Source of the DNA: Macrostomum lignano
Taxonomy: Eukaryota
Direction: 5' to 3'
Assembly (NCBI GenBank): GCA_002269645.1
Contig: NIVC01003883.1
Span: 1 to 64,000 of the forward strand
DNA length: 64,000 nt
Shown: positions 49,339 to 60,253 of the stretch, one piece after another
Layout of the letters: every line of letters begins with the position of its first letter
Position numbering within the stretch: the stretch's first letter is position 1
The notes under the pieces: generated by a model
What the model was told of the DNA's origin: nothing
The model's input: the letters and a program-made list of their open reading frames with translations, nothing else
Database searches by the model: none
Made by a program: the position numbers and the translations under genes

Positions 49339-52300
49339 CGAGATACCATCGACCACCTGTTTGGAGTTAGATGTTAAAATCAACAATACCTACAGCAAGT
49401 TTCTTGTGGATACCGGAGCCTCGGTTTCCATTGTTCCACCTCACCTCGTTAATGCACTCGTTCAAGATACAAACGTTCGTTTAATTACTGCTACCGGAGC
49501 CGCCATACCAGTTCGCGGGTCGGTCCTACTGGATGTCTCAATCCGCGGTTTGCGTCGCGCCTTCCAATGGACCTTCCTCGTGGCGTCAGTGGTGAAACCC
49601 ATCATTGGTTACGATTTCTTGGCTCACCATGGGTTAGTTGTCGATTGTCAGCGCAAACACGTTCGAGACTCAGAAACAGGACTGTCTACTGTTACCTTGT
49701 CAATTTCAAATGTTCATTGTGGCCCATTCACTGTGTCGGTAGAACTGCCACCCAACCTGGATTCTCGGACGAGTACGCTGTTGACAAAGTTTGCAGATTG
49801 TTTTTCTTTCGTTGAAGGCGGAGCCCTTCCGCCAGCTTCAGAGGTCAAGCATGACACTGTTCACCGGCTAGACACTGGCAGTGGACAACCAATTCACTTG
49901 CGACCCCGGCAACTGCACCCTGCAAAACTACAGGCTGCAAAGCAGGAGTTTCAGCAGCTAATCGATGCTGGCTACCTCAGACCTTCCTCAAGCGCTTGGG
50001 CGTCACCCCTCCACATGGCACCCAAGGGAGCTGGCTGGCGTCCGTGCGGTGACTATCGCGAATTGAACAAACGAACAAAGCCGGACAACTATCCGGTTCC
50101 ACACATTCAAACCTTCACTCGGTACCTACACGGAAGCACTGTGTTTTCAAAGTTAGACCTTGTTCGCGCCTTTCATCAAATTCCAGTTGCCGAAGAGGAT
50201 ATTTGCAAAACCGCTATCACCACACCGTTTGGATTGTTCGAGTACACACGCATGCCCTTCGGCCTGAGGAATGCAGCACAAACATTTCAACGCTTCATTG
50301 ACTCTGTTTTTCACGGACTGTCATTCGTCATCTCTTACATCGATGATGTCCTGATATTCTCAAAGACTCGTGAGGACCACTACTCACATTTGGAACAAGT
50401 TTTGGACCGCCTAAGAACACACGGCCTACAGGTTCATTTGAAGAAGTGCGAATTCTTTCAGTCCGAGGTAGATTTCCTTGGCCATCGCGTGACTCCTGAA
50501 GGAATAAAACCTCTCCAGAAGAAGATCCAAATAATCACTGACTGGCCGACACCCACGGATTCGAACGCACTTCGGCGCTTCCTCGGTGTCGTCGGTTTCT
50601 ACCGTCGATTCGTTCCCAACTTTGCCGACTGCATCTGTCCGCTGCAAGACCTACTCACTGCATCACTACAGTCAGCAGGAAACTTCCAATGGACAGAGCA
50701 GCATCAGAAATCTTTCGAAAACATCAAACTAGCTCTCTCAGAGAGACTACTGCTGCATCATCCGGACCCCAACTGTACTGCGTACCACCTGTACACTGAT
50801 GCATCAGCCGACTGTGTTGGTGCCGTTCTGCATCAAACCTCTTCAACCGGAACGTCACCTCTTGGCATGTTCAGCAAGAAGTTGTAGTCATCTCAAAGGA
50901 TGTACAGCACGTTCGACCGAGAACTACTCGCGGCGTACCTGGCAGTGTTGCACTTCCGCAGCCTCATTGAAGGACTGAGCGTGACCTTGTTCACCGATCA
51001 TAAACCACTAGCTCAGGCCTTCCACGCCAATCGCACCACTACGTCAGATCGCAATCAGCGCTACTTGACCGTCTTGTCCGAGTACGTGGCAGATGTCCAG
51101 TACATTCGCGGTGCAGACAACGTAATAGCTGATGCCCTTTCTCGACTGCCTGACTTCCCAGTGAATGATCACGTGTCCAACATCGCAACAGTCGCTGTAG
51201 TCGCTGCCCCATCAAGCCAATTCCCTGTTGATCTGCCTAGTATCGCTGAAGCACAACGACCGGAGTCGTTCTCAGCTGCACCAAATATTCGATCGTATTC
51301 TCTGGACAAAGACGTCGTCGTTTGGTGTGAGACGTCAACGCCGTATCCTCGCCCGATCATTCCGCCGTCCCTCCGTGACGCCGTGATTGCCTCCTTCCAT
51401 CGACTTGGTCATTTCGGCTACCGTAAAACAGCAAAACTCATCACAGAACGTTACTTTTGGCCCGGAATGCGCAAGTCCATCAAGACCTACTGCTGGAACT
51501 GCCAGGACTGCCAACAGAGTAAAGTCACTCGCCACACTGTCTCCCCGCAACAGGCCTTCGCATTACCATCAAATCGCTTTGAGGCGGTACACATCGATAT
51601 TGTGGGACCACTTCCACCAGCTAATGCTACCACCTTTGGCCACCAGTCTGCCCGCTACCTTCTCACGATGGTCGACCGCTCGACTGGCTGGCTAGAAGCT
51701 ACACCACTGGAATCAATAACCGCGGAAGTAGTCGCCCATGCATTCGTCTCGTCTTGGGTCTCGCGCTACGGAGTGCCACTGTATGTAATCACTGATCGGG
51801 GGCGCCAGTTCGAATCAGAATTCTTTCACTCGGTCTCGTCATCAATTGGTTTTCATCGATTGCGCACAACGGCCTACCACCCTCAAACCAATGGCAAGGT
51901 CGAGCGAGCTCATCGCACCCTGAAGACGATGCTACGTGCTCGAGGCAATGACTGGCTGACAGACCTACCTGTGGCTCTCCTCGCGATGCACGTCGCACCT
52001 GACGACCAAGGAATATCACCGTTCACCAGGGTTACTGGCGAGCTTCCGATGGTTCCGCGCATCCTAACTTCTGAACCACTCGCCCCAACGGACATTCGGA
52101 CACGGCTGCAGGAACTGCTGACAGAGTTACCGAGTCCACACGCGAAGACGCACGAACCACGGAGCTACGTACCCAAGGACCTGGAAATGGCTGAATTCGT
52201 CTGGGTTCGGGTCGATCGCGTGCGGTCGCCGCTCGAGACGCCGTACTCAGGGCCGTATCGCGTGAAACAGCGAACTGACAAATTCTTCGTTATTTTCCTA

Positions 52301-52507
52301 CCGTCAGGCAACACCGAATCTGTCTCTATCGATCGCCTCAAGCCGGCGCGACTTTCGCTTCCGAAGTCGGCTGTTCAGCCGGCCGCGAACTCGCTGCCGG
52401 AAAAAGCCGCCAAACCAGAGGAACCGATGGACTCATCACCTCCTAGAGCGACCTCTAGCGGCCGCCGAGTCCAATTCCGACGCCATAATGATTACATTTA
52501 TTATTAA
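49295..52507 (+). CDS. pol: Pol polyprotein (protease, RT, RNase H, integrase) with one in-frame TAG at 50885-50887
   Basis: FLVDTGA (protease); [10 protein letters not shown] and YIDDVL (RT); LYTDAS and STFDRELLA (RNase H); [38 protein letters not shown] and PYSGPYRV (integrase with GPY/F). ORFs 49328-50887 and 50900-52507 are in the same frame. Confidence 0.93.
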
Positions 52508-52701
52508 CCTTGTAATGTATAACGTCTACTGACTGCTGTTCCAATGTTCTCAATATTTCTCAATGTTCAACCCCTCATATATAATTTAGCTCGTATTTCA
52601 ACTGTATAACCGCTTCGTTTCAATAATTTAAGCCATGCCACCATTTTATAATTCAGTTACAGTCTCTTTTCCCCGTGCTCCGCAATTGGAGGGGGGAGTC
52701 G

Positions 52702-52876
52702 TATGGGTATTTTGTTGTACTTTTTATTTGCAACTCAGTTTGTCATAAATTACCATAGACTAATTTCCTTTTACAGTTCTTTCTCGCAGTTTAGTTTCTC
52801 GCCCCAAGCCCTCTCGTCTTTAACTCATAAAATATATATGCAATTCAAATCTAAGTTAAGTTGTAGTTTCACTACA
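52702..52876 (+). repeat. 3' LTR
   Basis: Follows the PPT after a 3-nt spacer; identical to the 5' LTR by eye. Confidence 0.95.
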
Positions 52877-53713
52877 AAGTAATATATTCGACAAATCTAC
52901 TTACATTCTACTAAATTCTCCGTAACGGCTATCCTGTCTTCTAGGCATTCTATAGGATGGAATCATCTTTGAATGCTTAACCACAACCACAGCTAACCCC
53001 CCCCCCCTGAGCCTAAGCCGGAGCTTCCTAAGCCTGAGCCGGAGCTCCCTTCGGCTAATCGTTTGTTTGCATTGAGTTGGACTGCCGGAAATTAAGCACC
53101 GATTTAAACGCTGAAAGAACCCTGGCACATTATCTGACGGTCGATCTAACGCGGCGCGGCAGCTCAGCTCGCCGTGCTCCCGTCTAAACGCCATAATTTT
53201 AGTTGCTGTATTACCGACTAGACGGTCGTCAATAGGCTGAGCTAGGGCCTGCGCAAGTAGAAGAATTGGAAACTATGTTTCTTGGAAAATTTTGAATTTA
53301 GGAGGCCAGGTTTTTTTCAAAAAAATACATTACAGAAACAGGTTTTCATTTTTATAGGGCCTAGCTCTATTGATATTTTCTATACTATGCCTAAAAAAAT
53401 AAAATGCATGGCATAGCTTTACTCATCATTTTTATAAATCTATTTATCTTTTCTATCTGTTATATAATATTGTTATAGTCAACTAGAGCCTCAGGCTAAG
53501 AATTATAAAATTGATTCATGAGATGAAACCAATGAGCCAAGCTTTTTTATTTTTTTGGTTTCAAGGCTATCAAGACTATAATACTATAGGCCTATAAATT
53601 ATAAGTGCAATATATATTTAATAAAAAATAATTTTTTAAACAAAAAGCTTTTTAGAAAGTAATAGAACTAGAACTATAAAAAGGCAAATTATCTCAAATG
53701 ATAGGCCTAGTTA

Positions 53714-54758
53714 GGGCAAGCCCCTTGGCCCCCACTCTGGCAAATGTCTGCTTGGCCCACTGGGAAACCAAAAATTGGATGTCTCTTAACTATGCCCCCA
53801 AATTCTACAGGCACTACATCGATGATACGTTTGCTATCTTAAATTTGATCAGGAGCAAAAAATTGATCAGTTCCTCCACGGCCCACGCTCTCAACTCCAC
53901 TCATAAGAACATCAAATTCACGGTTGAACATGCTGTTGACCAGACTCCTATTCCTGGACATTGGCATTGACTACAGACAGTAAGGAAACCCTCTCCACAA
54001 AAGTCTTCCATAAGAAAAGCTTTACCAATCTCATTCTCAATTTCCAAGCCACTTGCCCCAGACAATGGAAAACTGGGCTTGTGAGGTGTTTGCTCCATAG
54101 GCATAGAGCTTTCACTACCTATAACACCTGGATCAACTTTGACTGGGAGGTGCAGTTCCTTACCAGACTGTTCTATCAAAATGACTACCCCGTTTGTCTG
54201 GTTCAAAAAATCATCAACAAGTTCATCTCGGACAAAATCACCAAACAAAAACCTAAGCAATCTGTTACCACTGAAGAATTTGAACCCATTCTGCGTCTCC
54301 CCTTCCTCGGACCTCCATCTCTAGCCTTGAAAAACAGAATGCATAGGTTATTCTTTGCCTCTTTCAATAGTAATATCTAGGTTGTCTTCTACATAAACAA
54401 GATTGGAAACTTTGTTAGCAGATTAAAGTTGCGTGTTCCTCGTACTCTGTGTGCAGGTGTTGTTTACCAATTTAACTGCTCTGTGGACCAGAGCGTCTCC
54501 TACGTGGGGAAAACCAAAAGACACCTACACACGAGGATCAGGGAACACTGGCTCAAACCACCTGCTATACAAACTCACCTCTTTGAATGCACTAACTGCA
54601 ATGACTGCAAACCAGAAGAACACTTTAAAATCATTGACCAAAGCCATACTGATGCCAAACTTAGAATTCTCGAGGCCCTACACATAAAAGCTCAGTCCCC
54701 TAATCTCAACACCCAATTACAACATAATGGTGCAGGTCACGTTCTCTGCGTTTTCTGA
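53714..54758 (+). mobile_element. 5'-truncated Penelope-like element (RT C-terminal half + GIY-YIG endonuclease), pseudogenised
   Basis: SPLAPTLANV...FYRHYIDDTFAI, IKFTVE, FLDI, WKTGLVRCLLHR, LRLPFLG, then VVYQFNC...YVGKTKRHLHTRIREH...LRILEALHIK...PNLN. At least two frameshifts near 53945-53965 and a TAG at 54378-54380. Confidence 0.88.
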
Positions 54759-55778
54759 ACAGTGAGTGACACAAACGTGTATGCTGTGTACACTTAACTT
54801 GACGTTCATTTACTTAAGCTACCACCCCTGATTCTGCCTTTTGACCACTGAACAAGAATTGTGTACTTTTGGTTTATTTTCAATCTTAATCTATAATTTT
54901 CTCTCCTACCTACCTATGTATGTTGTTAAAGCCAAGTTGTAATCAATTGTTTTCAATCTTACCCTCCTTATCTATGTACGTTGCAAAAACCAATATTTAA
55001 TCAATTGTTTTCAATCTCACTTTCTCAAATTGTTCTAATAAAATCCTAACGATGCACAATGGTGTGCAAAGTTGTTAGAAATTGCAATCATATTCAAATG
55101 TTGATATTAAGCTTTCTAAAATGCTAATAGGTTTTGTTCATCTTTTGTCATGTTTAATTGCTGATTTAGTGGCAGTTTCGGTTGTCAACTCAGATTCAGT
55201 TCTAAATCAGTAGGATTTGGAGCTCCTTGTAGATGACTGGTCTTGGGATATGATCAGCTAAGTTTAATGTTTGGCATCTGTTAGTAGGATTTGTTGGTGC
55301 AGCTTCGGCTGTGGTGGCATGGTTTGGGGTCTGGAGCTCCTTCTATATGATCGCTACTTAGACCAGTTGCCAGGTTGTTGAGGTGCCTAAAGGTCAATCT
55401 TTGTCAATGGCTTTGGCGTCATTGTTGTTGGATTTAGATACGTTAGCAGATGATAAGGTGTAGCAGCTGTCAGCGTTGCTGCTGAACCTCACTCTCTTAA
55501 ACACCAGATAGCAAGCGGGTTGGCAGTGGTTGTCACTGGCTATGCTATGGTCCCAGTCCTTGTCACCTTCAGCTAGTAGATGGCGGCTCCTAGTAAGGCA
55601 ACATGTTGTGCTGCTAAAGCTAGTAAATAACCTCTGCATGTCTCGATAATGGCTGGCAGATGGCCTTGGCTTTGTTGCCGGCAGGTGCAGCACTGTCAGT
55701 GGTTTGCTGTCAGCTGTTGATGATGTTGGCAACATAGCCTTGCCATTGGACTCCTTCAATGTTGCCTCAGTAGTAGAC

Positions 55779-55801
55779 TAGGGTTAGGGTTAGGGTTAGG
55801 G
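55779..55801 (+). repeat. Short interstitial telomere-type repeat TAGGG(TTAGGG)3
   Basis: Directly visible. Confidence 0.85.
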
Positions 55802-56466
55802 TATTATAATATTATAAATATTATGTTTCTATAAGGTAGGCCTACAGTTTAAAGTTATTGTTATTGCTTTTATAAAATCTTCATTTTTTAATGAGTAAGT
55901 CCCTCTATTATAATAAATAGTAAATATTTCTTAATATCTATTTAAAATATTTTGAGTTTTTTGTTAGTTCTAGGCTAGAAATACTGATATCATATATGCA
56001 ATTTCTAAAATTATATTATACTTGTCATGTGGATTAGTTTTGACTAAAAATATGGTAAGAGTTTTTATTAAACATTATTTGCAAAGTTTTTTATCATAAT
56101 AGTCCCTAGTAGTACTTTCTTAGCCCTAATTTAGAGATTTAAACAGTATTATTCCTTTGTATTATCATTTGTTAAGCTTTGGATTTTATAATTAATATAA
56201 AGTCTATAATTATATTTTATATTCATTGAGCTAATAGCTTAGACCTGAGATTTTTTTAAAAAATTAAAAAATAATATAAATTTATATTGATACACTGTTT
56301 GATTGAAACAAATGCAATCATTGAGAAATTTTTTTAGCCTGCTTAATCTATTTTAATAGACAAATTAACTGAATATAAGCATTTGTTTAAATGTTAACTA
56401 GAGCAATGAGAGAACAAATGGGGTTGCAGGCCCAGGACTAAAAAATTCTATGAAGGCAAGGTGCAT

Positions 56467-56793
56467 GAGTATTAGTGTAAGAGTATTGGTACAAGAGTAT
56501 TGGTACAAGAGTATTGGTACAAGAGTATTGGTACAAGAGTATTGGTACAAGAGTATTGGTACAAGAGTATTAGTGTAAGAGTATTGGTACAAGAGTATTG
56601 GTACAAGAGTATTGGTACAAGAGTATTGGTACAAGAGTATTAGTGTAAGAGTATTGGTACAAGAGTATTGGTACAAGAGTATTGGTACAAGAGTATTAGT
56701 GTAAGAGTATTGGTACAAGAGTATTGGTACAAGAGTATTAGTGTAAGAGTATTGGTACAAGAGTATTGGTACAAGAGTATTGGTACAAGAGTA
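56467..56793. repeat. 14-bp minisatellite, ~23 copies
   Basis: Unit GAGTATTGGTACAA with an interspersed variant GAGTATTAGTGTAA. Confidence 0.96.
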
Positions 56794-57004
56794 AAGCTAA
56801 TAAGTCATAACAAGCATACAGTCATTCTCAGTTTAGTCAATTAAGGTGCAAGCAAGCTCAGTGTTGCCTCAATATTTTTTAATCAATTGCCCTTTGTAAA
56901 TTCACAGTTAAAAAATAGAAAACGTAAATGTCTGATTTTATACACATTCTGACAGCTTGATTGAGAGCCAACCTGGAAACTGAGATGTCAATCACCTTCT
57001 GCAG

Positions 57005-57558
57005 CTCCAGGCAATGCCAGCAACTGGCCAGAAGCAGCAGTTTGCCAACCTCTTGTGCGAGTACTGCGGCGATGAGCCCGCTGCAGTGGCCTGCTCTGCG
57101 CCCCGCTGCAAGCGCCTCTGCTGCGCCTGCGACGCTGTCTGGCATGGCCACCCGAGCGCCGCAGCCACCGCGCCACCCGCAAGGAGATCCCCCAGGCTGC
57201 CTCGAGCTCTACGCGCCATCAGTCGGCTCGGCTCAAGGCTGAGGACGCCCCGTGTCCAGCGTGCACTCTGCTGAACCCGCCCGATGCCCACAGTTGCCGC
57301 TTGTGCAACACTCCGCTGCCACCGCGAGCGGCTGGTGCCGATGTTGCCCACCTGGAAGGTGTCGACCTGCGCGCCAGCATGATGGCGCAGGAGCGGCGCC
57401 AGCTGGCGCTGGTCAACCGGCTGCACCAAGAGTACCGAAGCCTGGCTTCTGGCAAGCACCTGGAGTGCCGGGGTTCGGCCTCTGATAAGCACCTGGAGTA
57501 CCGGGGCTTGGCCTCCGACAAGCACCTGGAATACCGGGGCCTGACCTTCCAAAAATAA
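57005..57558 (+). pseudogene. HOIP/RNF31-like fragment (B-box + NZF zinc finger) with a 1-bp frameshift near 57155; pseudogene or sequence error
   Basis: CEYCGDEPAAVACSAPRCKRLCCACDAVWHGHPS continues, after restoring one base, as (R)RSHR...CPACTLLNPPDAHSCRLCNTP...DLRASMMAQERRQLALVNRL, then ~3.5 copies of a 33-bp KHLEYRGLASD repeat and TAA. Acceptor-like ttctgcag| at 57004. Confidence 0.6.
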
Positions 57559-58195
57559 ATTTTAATGCGTTTATCGAATCGTGTTTTCGTAGCCAACAGA
57601 TCGTTTTGGTTTGTTTGCCGATCTGCTCTGGTGACTTGCAGTTGTGCAATAATGAAATCCAACCGTTTCTGTTTCAATGACATTGTTCTGCTTTCATTCA
57701 GTACCTTTGACCCGGTGTCGCATTTTATGCTCACAAAGCAGATTTTTCTATATTTATTAGGGAGTGCTTAAAAGTATCCCTTTATTGCTCCAGTTTACCT
57801 TAGCGTTACCGTTGCCTCACTGGTTGCATTATATTCTATCCGGCTTGATGTCAGTCTGTTTTTGGTTATTTTCTCAGTTTTATAATACAAGCATTTGCTA
57901 CCAATTGAACCGAATTGAAGTTTGTTACTTTATCAACTTTTTGACTGCTTATTAGCCTAAATTTTACCTGTCAACGAATGAGACTACTTCTAATTTAGTT
58001 TGTAAGTAGTAGCTTAGCAAATTATGCTAGGGGACAGGGTAGCTCAGCGGTAAATTTCGCTAACTTTCTCACGCTACGAACCCTGGTTGTTTGACCGCCC
58101 CCTGATAATAATAATATTATTTGTACTCGTAGTAGTAGTAACTTATGTTGAAAATATAACAAAATTTCTGTCTGGCAACTGCTGCTGATTGCCCA

Positions 58196-59306
58196 ATGAC
58201 TAGCAGCGCTAGAGTGGTGCTGGCCACCTCGGCCGAGACCTTCGAGTCCGCCCTGGCCTCCGCCAAGCCGGGCGGCCTCTGCCTGCTGCACTTCAGAGCT
58301 GACTGGGCGGCCCAGTGCGTCCAGATGTCGCTGGTGATGGACGAGCTGGCCAAGGAGCCGGCCTACTCAGCTGTCACTTTTGTCAATGTGGAGGCTGAAC
58401 AGGTGAGCTGTGCGGAGCTGCTTGCTGGTCAAAGTGAGTCGCAAAATCCATTTGATTCAATCAAACCGCATGCAGGTGCCGCAGGTAACCAGCAGGTTTG
58501 GCGTCCTGGCGGTGCCCACCTTTCTGCTTGTGCGCAGGGCGGCTGAGAGCCAGCAGCCGCAAGTTGTGGACCGCCTGAACGGTGCTGACCCCGCGGCCCT
58601 GGCCGCCAAGCTCTCGGCCGCTGTGTCCGCCACCGCCCCGGCTACCGGCGGGGACGTCGCCGCGGCGCCAAAAGAGACGCAGGCGCAGCTGGAGGCCCGC
58701 CTGAAGTCGCTGCTGACCCGCTCGCCAGTCTTGCTGTTCATGAAAGGCTCGCCAGACGCGCCTCGCTGCGGCTTCAGCCGGCAGATCGTGGAGCTGCTGC
58801 GGAAGCACGCCGAGGTGGCGCCTTTCGACCACTTCGACATCCTCACCGACCAAGCCGTGCGAGAGGGCTTGAAGAAGCTGAGCAACTGGCCAACCTACCC
58901 GCAGCTGTACGCAGCCGGCGAGTTGCTGGGCGGTCTCGACGTTGTTCGCGAGATGGACGAGGCCGGCGAGCTGGGCCCCGCGCTGAAAGCCGCCGTGACG
59001 GCCCGCCTGGAGAAGCTGGTCAAGGCCGCGCCAGTCATGCTGTTCATGAAAGGCTCGCCAGACGCGCCCCGCTGCGGCTTCAGCCGGCAGATCGTGGAGC
59101 TGCTGCGCTCCGAGGGCGTCCAGTTCGGCCACTTCGACATCCTGCAGGACAATTCCGTGCGAGAGGGCCTGAAGAAGTTCAGCAACTGGCCGACCTTCCC
59201 GCAGCTGTACGCTGATGGGCAGCTGTTGGGCGGCCTGGATATTGTGCGGGAGATGCAGCAGGCCGGTGAACTCAAGGAGGCACTGCCGGCCAGTTGCCGA
59301 GCTTAG
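58196..59306 (+). CDS. GLRX3: Glutaredoxin-3 / PICOT (Trx + 2 monothiol Grx domains), join(58196..58402,58476..59306), 345 aa
   Basis: FRADWAAQC Trx-like motif; the intron CAG|GTGAGC...ATGCAG|GTG joins VEAEQ|[16 protein letters not shown] in phase 0; two [15 protein letters not shown]...WPT(Y/F)[13 protein letters not shown] domains. Confidence 0.96.
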
Positions 59307-60253
59307 GGGAGGCCATGAGTTGCCAGCGACTTCAGACTTGGCTGAACTGGGCTTAGACTGGGTTTTCATACAGTCCGTCATGGCAGCACTTTGATGCGTA
59401 GATCATTTCTGTAAACTTCGAATATCCCGGTTGCCATGGCGAACTTCAGCTAACTAGCAAGATGGATTGATTTCCAACAATAGACTCTGCTTTGACCACC
59501 TGGTTTGCGCCTTGGTTTGCATGGCAATATCAGCAATATTGTGACCGTAGTGTTCTGGACTAGCAGGACCATCTGTGAGCGGTTCAGCACTCTCTTACCG
59601 TGTTAATTTGCTTCAGTGTTCGATGCTTTTACTAAAGCAACTCGGGGTTCAGAATGGAACTCTGTGTGTTTGCTAGTTACCAGCCTCATTCTTTAAACCT
59701 TCCGTGACTTTTATTTGCTTCATTCTTTGCCCGTTACATTGAGTTCTAATTAATACTCTGGCCGCAGTCTGGCAGCCTTAGGGCACCTCGGCTGGCGCGG
59801 GTCGATGCCTCCCCCGGCCCAGCAAGTCTCAGCTCCCGCCCGCTGGTCGGACAAAATCGATTTCTGGGCCTCATGGAAACGGGCAGAAAACTTCATCAGC
59901 TGCCACTAAAAATTGATCGCGGCCCTTCGATCGATTCTTCAGAAAGGCCAGCGTTTTTAGATAGCGGATACAGACGTGTGGCTCCATTTGGCCTGTTTCA
60001 AAAACATTTTCAGCAACATAGGAACATTTAGATGGCTACAATAGATTGGTATCGTCAGCTGCAATGAGCTTGAGTGTAAGGAAAGTCTTCATGAGTCTCT
60101 TGGCGAAATTCAATGCAGTCATTTTATCATCATCCAGCACTGGCAAGCACATTATTCATATTTTGCAAGCACATTATCACTTAGCCGAATGACATTTATT
60201 ATACGAGTAACGGAAATAACAAATTTCAATTTGTCATCGTGACGAGTTCGCCG

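Larger units (their letters stand above)
48146..52876 (+). mobile_element. Full-length, very young Ty3/Gypsy LTR retrotransposon (4731 bp)
   Basis: 175-bp LTRs (48146-48320 and 52702-52876) identical by eye. TSD AAGT (48142-48145, 52877-52880). Putative PBS TGGTCCGG after the 5' LTR, PPT GGAGGGGGGAG (52688-52698), and domain order gag, PR-RT-RH-IN. Confidence 0.97.

Noticed and set aside
55394-55759. 121-aa minus-strand ORF next to the TTAGGG tract
   Set aside because: No domain signature, non-ATG start, and no supporting splice sites.
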